64,000 nucleotides of DNA, from the NCBI GenBank assembly GCA_977030845.1, contig OZ365115.1:20708001-20772000 (forward strand). The letters are read 5' to 3'. The translations under genes and the position numbers were made by a program. Positions 35,666 to 47,599 of the stretch are shown here, piece by piece (within the stretch, counting starts at the first letter, position 1; each line of letters starts with the position of its first letter). The notes beneath the pieces are model-generated. The model was not told the origin of the DNA, did no database searches, and saw only the letters and a program-made list of their open reading frames with translations. Source of the stretch: Fimbriosthenelais zetlandica (taxonomy: Eukaryota).

Positions 35666-38199
35666 CTTCTTTTTAACCAAATGGTGTAAGTTTAATGTGA
35701 TATGTTAAAGTTATTATGAGAGTATAGGCGTTTTTAATTTTGAGACCAGCATTTTAAACCTCTGTGTCATTGGGGGTTCCATCCATACAGCTTTCCATAA
35801 TTATGTTACTTAATTATCTCTCTTATTATTAAATTTTAATTTAATATTAAATTGTGCCAATTGTACTGTTTTTTATTTCTAACAAAAGCTTGAAGTTTTC
35901 ATCGTGTAATGAATTATTGGTGCTAATAGCAATATACATTATCTAATAAAAGACGACCATCGAGCGCCCATTTTAAGTGTATTGATATAAACTAAATGTG
36001 ATAATTCAAAGGGATTATGTGATTATCTATTAGAATGGAATATCACAATTATTTCTACTTTTTAACTATTTTTATTATGGGATTACTGTCATGCTAATTT
36101 CCTGAGTTATCTTAAATAAAAGAAGTTTCGAATAAACATGATTTGATTTTTTTACTGTTCTATCGCATATTAATTTATAAAAAAAAATATATAGCCCCCG
36201 ACCCCGACCCCCGACCCCCACCGGCCCCGCCCCCACCCCTGGACTGGAAGATTTGTAAATTGACGGTCAAATTCAACTATAAACGGTCAATGGCGATAGA
36301 CGCTATATGGTCAACCGACCAGAATTTACTGGGAATGTACTGTAATAGACGGGAGTTGCCAGTATAAAATGGCAGTGTCGGCCATTATATAACGGTCGCG
36401 CGTCCAGTTTATGATGGCGCTGTGTTCCAGTAAATACTGGCGCCGCGTGAAGCGTGACCGTCATTTGATGGGAGGGGGTGGGGGGCTCCATCTAATGCTG
36501 GTCAACCTGCCGGAGATTAGTTGCAGGTCAAATGACCGTCCAATGATGGTCATTCGCGGATCTGGGTCTAAGAGTGTATAAGGCGATGCTAAAACCCGTG
36601 CTAAAAAGAGTCTTATGTGTATGTAGTGCTAGGCATCTCCAGGATCCAAAAGACCGAGTAACCGCCGTGGTCTGGCGGTGGAAGGTCCGAAGGACTGAGG
36701 ACCGTGTACATGCAGTCAGGCCTTACATACACCCTGTAGGGAACCTATTATGAAAAAACGCATCTTCTATGATAGTCTTTAGGCCTATAACGTGCATTGA
36801 TCTTTGATCTGATCTGGTAGGCACTACGCGGATAGTCTCCAAACCTGCTGCATGGACTAGACATGTTCTATTAAATGTGTATCCGAGCCATTTAATTGAT
36901 TCAATTTGTTAAGAAACTCATATTTCTAATTACTAATAAACATTTCAACATTAGGTTGTCTAAATATTTTTGATTCTAGATCTATGTGACGTCTATACTA
37001 TAGGCTAATAATCGGCAATATAATAATGATCATAATCATTAATGTCGTCACTTTTGAATAAGGTTAACTGGTTATATATTTAATTATAATATAGAGTGTG
37101 AAAACTGGTAAGCTTTAGATTATTGACCGTAACACCGATCGTCCCCGAAAGAAAGCTATATCTTGGGCCGACGATCCTGCAGTTGAATGTGACGTAAATC
37201 TGCTGGATCTTCTGTATAAGACCTTATAAATTCACATAAAAATCAGGCTATTCTAGTTATTGGATAATTTGAACAAAAGCCCCGGGGTTCTGTTAACTAT
37301 AACATTTATCCGCAGTCCAAATATATGGATTTCCAATTAGGTCTACTGCGTGTATAGTAGCTCAAATTCATACAAAATATATGTGTATTAAATTGTAGGC
37401 TAACATATATTCCTAAAACCATTCAATATTTTCCCATAAATTGAGGAATCTGCCAAATACATGTGGGCAGCCTTTTTATTGAATGAGATTGCACTCATTC
37501 AAGGGGAAGTAAAATGAGCGTATTTGAATAATTCAATTATTGCGTATATAATATATATCCATTTTGTATTTATAACTTTATAGTCATAAATTATTTTGTT
37601 AATGAATGCTCCAATTTGCTGATGAATATCAATCTTATGAAAATATCCGATTTTATCTCATTGTAATTCTCCAAACTAAACGTATTTCTGCTTTATATAA
37701 ATGAATTGGCATGACAGTGATTGGCTTATGGTATGTACATGGATCATTAAATGGGAGAATCGGGGCTAAGGGTAATCATAAGGTTGGGATAAGGTTCAAT
37801 ATATCAGATTAAACACCACGCACCTGTGAATTGCACAGAAATATATCGATATTCTAGTGTAAATTCATCGGATATTTCAACATGCAGGTGAATAATTTTC
37901 GAAATTCCAGGTACCTGCATGTGAATAGCACAGATATTCCAATGTAAATTAACAGGCAATTTATTTCACCAGGACAATTTTCAATTTTCATCTCTGGATG
38001 GCTTTCATAATTATATGGGGGTAAAATACCAAAGGGATAACTGCTATAAAATTAAATATGTTCATATAAAGGAGGGGGAATGAAGGAAATTTTTCTTTAC
38101 AACTTTTTACAAGTTACCTATTGTATTTCATGGCAGGCTTACTTTCCTCATCTTACACCCAACCTGTTTACTTCTACTTAAACTAGTTCGTACCACACT

Positions 38200-39950
38200 T
38201 TCAGAGTTCGTATTCCATGTCAGAAAAAGATCAATAATTATTTACTATTTTTCTCTCAATTTCTATCCAACATGGCTTCTCCCATTTGAACTTGTTTGGA
38301 AGTAATGCGCGTCTCATGTTGCCATTTGCTTCACGTGCACGCCTTCATTTTGCCAATTTTATGTCCAATTACACATATAAAATTTCAAGTGATTTTTTAG
38401 TAGCAAAGATTTCTTCTGTCTCCTAAGTACTGGGTAATATAAGAATCGATTAACTAAATGTTTTATATTTGCAAGGGCTTTAATAAGTTGTCTGTGTATG
38501 TGGACATGTTACTTTCCTTTTGACATTGGATATCTTTGCGAGTTCTGCACAAGTTTCAGAAGTAACCTCATATGTCTTGTTGAAAAGTTTCTTGAGACAT
38601 TTCTTCACTGTGACATGGAATGAGAACTATTTACAGGATCTATCTTCCGAGTCCGTATACTGATTTTTACCTGCATTATATTTTGGGAATTCCATGTATA
38701 CATATAGAATCTATAATATATCTTGGATAATTGTAAGTGACTTGTAGATATATCCGATAAGTTTAAGTTTTACCTATACACTTTTACTATACATTTAGGG
38801 TCTCGGTTTAGAAATGTTTTGAATTTTGCTACATTTTGTCCCATATACTATCATTGGTTAATTTAATTTCGCACTGTTTATTAAGTGCGGATGTCCCTCG
38901 CAGAAACTGCATGTTGGCATTTGTCATTTCCCTTGGCCAGCAATGCTGATAAGAAAACAATCTCTTTGGCGGGGAATTTCTCCACTAAATTTCCATGGGC
39001 CCATGTTTATGTTTTCTCTGCATTACTGCTCCTCCCGCCGTGCTTAAAACCCAATGCAAAAAACGCTGCAAATTTGGCCAAAATCTTTTCTTGTTTCCAG
39101 GGAAACTAAAGCATTGAGCCGAGACCCTTTGATTACCCTTTTTCCCAGTGGGCATTGATTTCGTTTAAATTATTCAAATGCGTTCGAATTCCACTGAAAA
39201 CAGTCAATGGTGAGATGGGTTTTGGCCACTTCGGCTTTGCCTGTGACCTTATTTGGGGAGCTGGGCAGGAACCGAGAAGTCGGGAGTCCGACCAGCAGAC
39301 GACATCTTGTCTCATTTCTTGCATGGCGGGAATTATGTGGAGACTTGGAGGCTGCCTGAATGAAGGATTGAACTCTTGTGGCTTGGATACAGCCGACCCG
39401 GGCAGCCTCAGGTGATACATGGCTTGCTGTATACCCCCTGGACTTGTCTTTATCGCTCGCCAAAGGATTTTAAGCTGATATTTTCAGCCCATCTGGTGCT
39501 TTGCAGTTTCCGACCCGCGTGAAGTCCCTCCCTACCACCACCTCACTGCCATCACCCCCTCCTTTCTCCTCCTTTTGCTTTTAGCCACAACCTCTATTGC
39601 TGTTAGGCCTTGCCTTTTCAAATGCCAACTTCTGAATGGTTGAGCGAGTCTGTCGCTGGAGTCTAAAGCGATTATGCAATCCGAATTGGCGGGCATCTTC
39701 TCACGCATGCGTACTCCGCCTCCCCCACAATATGGCGCTAGCCTGAAGTTGGTTTCGTCGTCACCAGGACTTGTAAAAAAGGTGAGAATTTTTATGTTTC
39801 GAGTGCCAAACATGGCCGAAGCAGGTCGAAATGCTGGCTATTGTAGATCGGTTGGCCTTCTTCCTCACAGATTGGGTGCGCGATTAGTGACCGCTCATTC
39901 GAGTGACTAGTTTTTTGTGGCTGCGCAATCTGTTTGTTTGGGAGAAAAGA
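38200..39950 (-). mobile_element. Decayed LINE (I/Nimb/Jockey-like): CpG-rich 5' end, ORF1 region and start of ORF2
   Basis: Minus strand HLTIDCFQWNSNAF (like ILQWNxxGL, ~39190), then ALVSLETRK (like ICLQET), then about 300 codons later KFKWEKPC (like KxxWxxFC, ~38280); many stops. Confidence 0.35.
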
Positions 39951-42900
39951 AAAAAAGGAGCACACTCACTCCACTCAGACCACCACTACTGACACCGACA
40001 ACAGCGAGATGGAGTAGTGAAGGTTTAGTTGTCATTCACTCCCCATCTCTACACACACAAAAGTCACACACCTTTCAAAAGCAGACGACTTAGCTGGAAC
40101 AATGGTTGCAAGTCGTTTTTCATCTCTATCACTTAAAGTTAGGACTGGTTTCTCAAGCCTCTGCTGCCTTACAGTGCATTATAGTCTAAAGTTGAGGGAA
40201 GAGTTCTTCCCTTGGCCGGGAGGCTGGGAGGCTAATGGTGGGAGGGATATGTGGTTTGGACGGCTCCATGACTCCATGGTAAACCGTGTACTGTTTACAC
40301 CCATGAAGAGTATATATATGAGAGGAAACAAACCCTGCCATTTTCCTCAATAACGGATTGTAAGAGTTCATAACTTGTCCAAACAATTATTCTCTCTCAA
40401 AAGCATACTAGAGAGTTGGTTATGAGCCAGTTCACATTGATTGGTCGGTTTCAATCAATTCTACATCTATATCAAAACAATAGTGTGGCTTTTGGGGTGA
40501 TCCTTTGAAGACTATGGGGTCTTTATATGACCTGAAGATGTCATCGTTATCTGTACTCCCTGTTAAGATAGATGCATGCAATCACATAATTGTGATTTCA
40601 ATTATTTCGCCGAAATATTGTCTTATTTGCATGGACACCCCAATATACCTATCCCTTCTTTTGTCAAAACCAAGAGTTCTCAAAAGAGCAGGATTCACTA
40701 CCAATAGTCCATTTCAAAGGTTTCAGGTTCTGATACAAACTGACAGACAAATTAACAATTTTAAAGGCAATCTTGCTCTTGAAGACAGAAAACATGACTT
40801 GAAGCACCTGGGCATTTGCAGGGTCAGATGCTCTGTTAAATTGAAGCCACAAATCCTGTAATTTAATGAAAAAATTGAACTTAATACAAGGAGCAGATCA
40901 TGTTTTCCAAGAAAATATCAGATTCCAAATGATGGTAACTTGAGGAGTGATAGCGGTTCGCATGTAATAAACGCCTTTCTGTGACTCCTCAGCCTTGATT
41001 AAAGTGATTTTTTCATTCATTGATCCTTATTATTGGCTTTGGGATGTAATTTTCTAAAACTGAAAAAAGGGATAAAGGTTAAACTTGAAAATAATATGAG
41101 AACCATTATTCTCATCAATCTCTCTTGTTTAAATAACTTTCCAAAACCCAAAACCTGCAAGAGTTAAACTCCAGCTAAGAAACGTTTAAACGTTCTTCCC
41201 TTCCAAATTATCTTCATATATCACGACATTATTGATTTACATATAATATGGATTAAACGAAAAGCCACAATGCATGTTCAGAGTATACAATATGAAGTGA
41301 GGTACAACCAGGTGCATATGAGACATGAAGGCTTGTAGTACTTTTGAAAACTTGCTGTATAGATTCAAATTGCCATTAAAATGCTGCAAAAAATTCAAAA
41401 GGTACTAACCGCAAACCACGAACGTTTAATTGTTCTCGCCTTAAACATATGCCAACAATTGACGGTGCAAACTATAAATCAGTCAACTTAATTAAGAAAT
41501 TAGACAAAGAAAGAGATGCCTAATGATAATAATTAAGTCCACCAATCTGATATAATTGAGATATCGGACCAAGTGAAGCACACACGAGTGAAATGCACAA
41601 TGTGTAATTTACCATTCAGTTTACATGCAGATGCTTGGTGTGAATACTGGATTTGCCTAAACACTTGCTAATACATATTCCACTTTTGTGGGGCTAAGTA
41701 TTGAAAGAAATGTTTACAAAATGTACCCGCTATATGTATGTTCAGTTATATAGACAGGAAATAACATAATTATACCTGTCACATATATATATATATTAAA
41801 TATATTTTTGTGATCATTGCAAATCTGATATACTTTTAGGTTCATTTGTTATCTAATACATTTATAGTGCTGTTTGTATGCAGGAAGAAAATTACAATCG
41901 CCTTAATTCTGTTTTCCAACCCTGATTAGAGAAAAGATAATTTTCAAGGAGGGCTGAGGTCATATATGCATGCATTAGTAATCCGGCCCTGGGAGCTGGC
42001 GAGGAAAAAAGTCTGCTCAGCGGTCGGTTTTGGCAGGCAGATGAGGAAGGGACGAAGGGCGAAAGGCTGAGGCAAAAGTGTGTCGGTCTGTGGAGGTACA
42101 CAGGGCATCCGTCAGAGATGGGGTGGTCTTAGGGAAAAATCCCCGCAAAGAGCTGTGGTTTTTCCCACCCAGGGCTCCAGGGAGAGTTCAGAGAATGCAG
42201 GAAGTGGGAGCGAGAAGGGGAGAAAGGGACACCCAGACATGGAGAAGAGAGGGCAGGATTTTACATGTGATTCCTGACCATGGAGCTCTTGTCCAGGGCA
42301 TGATGTTATTATGCTTACTGCCAAGTTGTTCCAATGACAGCAACGGCTGCATTCTCAATCCCTCTCCCCCTCACATCATTACCGCTTATTGCAAAACATT
42401 GACAGATATTTCTCCCGGGAAGACCATGTGGAAATGAAGGAAATGTCACTATTTGTTGCCAAGCAACGCGTCAAAAGGTGAAGCCAGGGAGAAGACGTAC
42501 ATGTATTGCCTACTGTAGGTGTAAACTTAGTTTCTTCCACCTGGTTAATCTGCTATTCATTATAATACATTGGATCACAATAATCAAAGCAATGATTGGT
42601 GAGAAATGAAGGATCCCCAATATCTCAAACACTGGCAGTGATAGTGATTCATCAAATCTTCTCCACTGGGGGATACATATAGCAGTTAATGGATTTATGT
42701 GTCACTATCCTTCTCAGGTGAAGCTTAGAGGTGATATGTTCCAATGGCAACAATAGATGCATTGAATTCGCATCTCTTGCCTTTTCACAATGCCATAACT
42801 GTCTCGGGGCTAAGGGCATGGTTTCATGGATAGTGCCGAGAAAGGAAAATGAGAAAAGAGGAAAAGAAGAATTGAAGAAAGAAGTAGGATATAATGATGA

Positions 42901-45900
42901 GGAGATCTGATTCACACAAAATGGGTCTGTTGATTTCACTTCTGATAATCAAAAACTTATTGCATGGTTTATTTCTAAACATATTATATCTATAAAAAAA
43001 AATTAGATTGAATTGCATCAAGAAATAGGCATATAATAGAACCGTAGTCTATGTCAGTGAGGGCATTTGTAACTTAAGGACTCGTTATCACATGAATTTA
43101 GGGGTATAGAGACTTTTTCTGTTTTTATCTTCAAAATTAATTAAATGTTTGCCTCGAGGGTATATTATTTGGGGGGTCGAGTGGGCTGATGCATCACCTG
43201 CTAAAGCATATCTTTGACCTTTCTGCCCTTATACCTACCTCTTATCCGATTTCTCCACCACATACTAATGGTGTGTAATTATGATACCATGTAGCCTGTC
43301 GTAAAAGGATATCTGCATAATTATAATTATCCACACATAATGAACACATAAGATGCTCATATCTGAACTATTTCCATACCTTCCTACAAATCCATGGTAT
43401 CACATTCCATATGGCACACGTGGATTACCATTGTCAATACGATTCTGTGCTATGTACGAGTATACTTCCTGGCAATCCTGTGTAATATACATTATTGCAT
43501 CAATATGATGGACCTTTGGTATTATATGAATATCACTCATTGTATAAGGTAGACATGTGGTGCACTTGGCGGAAAAATAGGTGACATTGAAAAGAACTCA
43601 AGATTGCCACAGGGGGAGGTCTCTTCCTATCTGTGTCATCTGAGAAGGGATCGAAAGGGACTCCATTAAGCCAAGACCCTGTGGGTGCCTTTTCCGATCA
43701 CAGAAAACAGTTGGTCTATCTATACAACCATAATATACAATACAGAAGAATTGTATGGAGTGGTATTGTCATTGTTGTGGTGGCCAACTTGCTTGGCAAG
43801 GCTCCCTCCCTTGATACACACACAGACTCACCAAGTCTGGACGAAAATCATGTCTAGCCAGCTTGACCCCATTTTGGGCAACCTTCCTCCTCCCACCATC
43901 TCTCCAACGCTCCATTGCTCCGACTCAGTAGTTATTTTTTGAAACGAACAGGGGAATCAATGGGCGAGATCGAGGCATTGAAAATAGGCCAGATGTGAAA
44001 AAGGAACAGGGGGGAAACAAGTTCTCCACCTCCCATTCTCTGCTGCTGGTTTTGGGGATGGCTGCATGATGATGGATGGACATCGTTTATGGACTTTTAA
44101 AAGCTCCAACAACTGCAGTTTTCTATACCCATCAGATCGCAAATGAAACTGTTTAGCAGTTAGAATTCTTGTTATTTGACGTAATTTTAACTTTACTGCT
44201 CTGAAATATAACGAGAGCATCACCTCTTGATAATATGAAGCCACATCACCCATCTTCTTTATTTCTGACCTTTCCTTTAAGTCTAAGAATGAAGAAGGTG
44301 TCATTGTTGGTCAGGTCTTGGGGACACTTAAAGACCTGCTGCGACATAAAATGCTTCTTCAAAGCCCTGCCTCTCTGAGGAGAAAGAAACCCTGTCTCGC
44401 TGAGTGCATTCCAGCAGATCACTGCAATGATATAATCACAAGTCATATCATAAAGGTCTACTGGATATATAGGTGCCAATGGTGTCTGTGGGCTCACCAT
44501 GTATTGCTATCCGAGATCTAGATGTTAGATAATTTTGTAAGTGATGTGGAATAAAATGTGATTACAGCATAGGTGAAACTCCTCTATAGATTTTATGAAG
44601 GCGAATTTATGAAGATTAATATATAGAATATACTATATAAAGATTATTTTTTTCTGTGATTTTATCTATAAATATAACAGTAAATTATAGGCCTATACGT
44701 TTTGTTCATTTGCATTCACAATCATGGCTCCTTTAATCTTCCAAACGATACATAAAGCAATAGCATGTTGTGTTGCATTATGAGGGATTATCAAAGTTAT
44801 ACATATCACATATTGGGGCGGACAGCAATTTGTCTATCAGATAATAGCTATCATAATCATGGCCAAAATATGGCAAAATTGCTCCCAATCAATGAAGATT
44901 TGAAAACAAACGCGATCAAATAGAGTGAAAAGCAGCGGGGGCGAGCAATTGATCAGCAAAATATCATTGCCATATTACCTATACATGATCAATTTTATTT
45001 GAATGATGATAAACTTTCAGTAGATTTTGACTGATGAGATTTAATATCAATCGTTTTTGCACAATTTCCCCTACAGATTTATGACCATGCATATTTATGA
45101 GGCATGTGTAGTGCAAAATTGCATGTGTTAAATGCCAAATGGTAGCGAATAGAATTATAACCGTGCCTCGCCCTGTCACTTAACGCTTTTCGTGGACATA
45201 TCAAGATTGGAAAAGGATTACTAATTTCACACAAGTTCTATAGAATGGTTGTTTGATTATTGACTTTCTACATATGATATGTGGGTACCATTAATCCTAC
45301 TGCAGGTACTGTATGTGAGGAAGGATTCTGCTGCATGCTTTGGTAACCTATGGGGATGGTGGTAGCACAGTATAGGGTATGAACCTACCCTGTTAATTGG
45401 GTCACAACCTATTTAAGCATGACCCCAACTTGCCAATTTTCGGATGATTAACACTTGCCAATATTGAGGAAAATCGACATAATTCCCATCTATTATAGGG
45501 GGGTTGTGCCAATGGTTAGTCATACCTGGTAGCCTGCCATATTTGTGTTATGAAGTTAATGAAGCATGTACTTCCTAGGATGCTGTATATTACTCTCAGG
45601 ATGAAGGTCTGTATCAGGAAGGAGTGATTTATTTATCGGGGTCAGTCATAATGGGTTGACACACGTACATCTAAGCTTACCTTACTTTCATGGGTTAGTT
45701 TTCAATTAAGGAGTGACCACTAGTATACATTTGTACGAGGGTAGTGCCCAGCCTAAAGTAGATCTAGCCCTTACACAGCAGCAGCTGCCAAATTCAGACC
45801 CCTTGTTCATGTCAGCAATTGATGTCAGCGCCAGCCAAAGGCATGCAGTAAGTTGGTAGACCACAACTAATCAGTTGACACACATGTGGTTGGCGGGCAT

Positions 45901-47599
45901 ATTTGTATAAGATTATCAACAATTGCCTGTTCAGGTAGGAGGCTGACTTGTGAGAGATGGAGCAATTTTGTGGTTTATCAAATTTAGCTTATACATATTG
46001 TGCTTACAACATCTTGTGGCACCTGCCACTTGCAAGACAGTAGTACCTGTAACCCTCTAAATTTCAATTGAAAGAAAGTATTTTCCTATGGATGAATATT
46101 CCCGGGATAGAACGAATTAATTCATATTATTAATCATTAAAATAATCATATTATGAAGGTCCATATCCCAATGTGTCTGTTGAACGCGGAAACAGATTCC
46201 TTATCAGAAATCGATACGGAGACGCTGGATGATTCCGGTATGAATGTCATGTCTACCGAGTGTAGAGCTTGTACGCCCGGGTGGTCATCTAAACAGGGCC
46301 GGTCTTCCCTCATCGGACATCCCCAACTGACCCATTGAGTCTATTGAATCGACCCAACCACAAAGCCCTCAGGCTGTGTATTGATAGGAGTCCTTTAACC
46401 GCGCCATATCAATTAAACCTATTGTCACTGGACACAAGACATCATGTTTTGAGTAGGGACATCTTCCAATTGAATTGGTCAATTGAGCCTTTAGTGGTCA
46501 ATTGAACCGTGGGTGTTTTCCATTGGAGATAAGTGCCCGGGCTGGTCACACCATTGTCACCTACCCATATGTCACACTATAATAGCTCTTGTAGGCGTTT
46601 GGTACAACTGGGCTGTCTGAAGAGGAGGTCTACACACGCTGCCGTATCATTAGGGTGTTCTTAGAGTCGGATTTTCCCGATTTGTGGGGCCTGCATAATA
46701 ATCAAAAATGCCCTGGATTAGCCGATGCCTACGGATCGAGCGATATACAGTACAGTGTATGTAATTTTAAACAACACAAATTTCTTTCGAGAAAGGTTCA
46801 TGTAGAATATACACAATATAAGGTATAAACCAACATGTCGCAAAGTTTCTGACATTGGGTTGTGGCCAAGTCTACTTTGGCAAACTTCCAAATGATCCAG
46901 TAACTGACCAGACTCCTGCCAAATCCTGACCTAGTTATCTGACCCTTGACACAGATACCACACACTCACAGGAAGAGTGACGTCCCTGGGACATCGGGAT
47001 TGTGAGTCAAAAAGCCTTTGTTTTGGTATAGGCTGTAACATTTTCAATTCCCTTTGTAATGGGAGGTTCCTGGTGTTAAAATATAAGCAAATAAAACTAC
47101 AATAGACCAAACAATATGATTCTAAAGTTGATTCATACCTTTATTATTGAGAACTATAAGGGTTAAATGATCATGTTATGTATTTTGAGTGGGCTACTTT
47201 AATAATAATATACTTAATTGGATATATTTGTGATATACATTGTTTATTATATACATACCAAATCTTCCTCCTCGATCATACATCTTTGGCAGTTCTATTC
47301 CCGAAGATAGACCAGAAATTGAATGATATCTTCTAAATAGATTCTAAACATACAAATGGAATAAATTGTTACAATTCGTCTGACAGTATTTGAGGTATAT
47401 AGCTAGAATTGATTATTAGTGTTTTCACATTGGTTTATTTTGGTATCCTTCCAACCATTTCAAGTAACACAAAGGTAATCACATGTGCATGCCTGGTTGG
47501 CACATCCTTTTGGATATTAAAACCAAGATTATTTAATATTGGAGCAATCCCTTTTGGTGATGAGATAAAAAAGAGAACCTAAGAGATAGGAGAGGCTCC

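Larger units (their letters stand above)
33742..36576. mobile_element. Putative non-autonomous DNA transposon (CACTA/EnSpm-like or Tc1/pogo-like), ~2.8 kb
   Basis: Ends ta|CACTCTAAAAC...GTCTAAGAGTG|ta form an imperfect TIR with TA on both sides. There are 10 YGGTCA repeats in the left ~300 bp and about 7 copies (both orientations) in the right ~300 bp, plus an internal HTH remnant. Confidence 0.5.

Noticed and set aside
37130-37300. YILGRRSC as an FHA-domain start
   Set aside because: Too short, followed by stops, and lacks the SxxH and NG motifs.
45350-45440. tRNA-like / SINE head with small hairpins
   Set aside because: An A-box-like TAGCACAGT is present but there is no GTTCRA B-box or proper cloverleaf.
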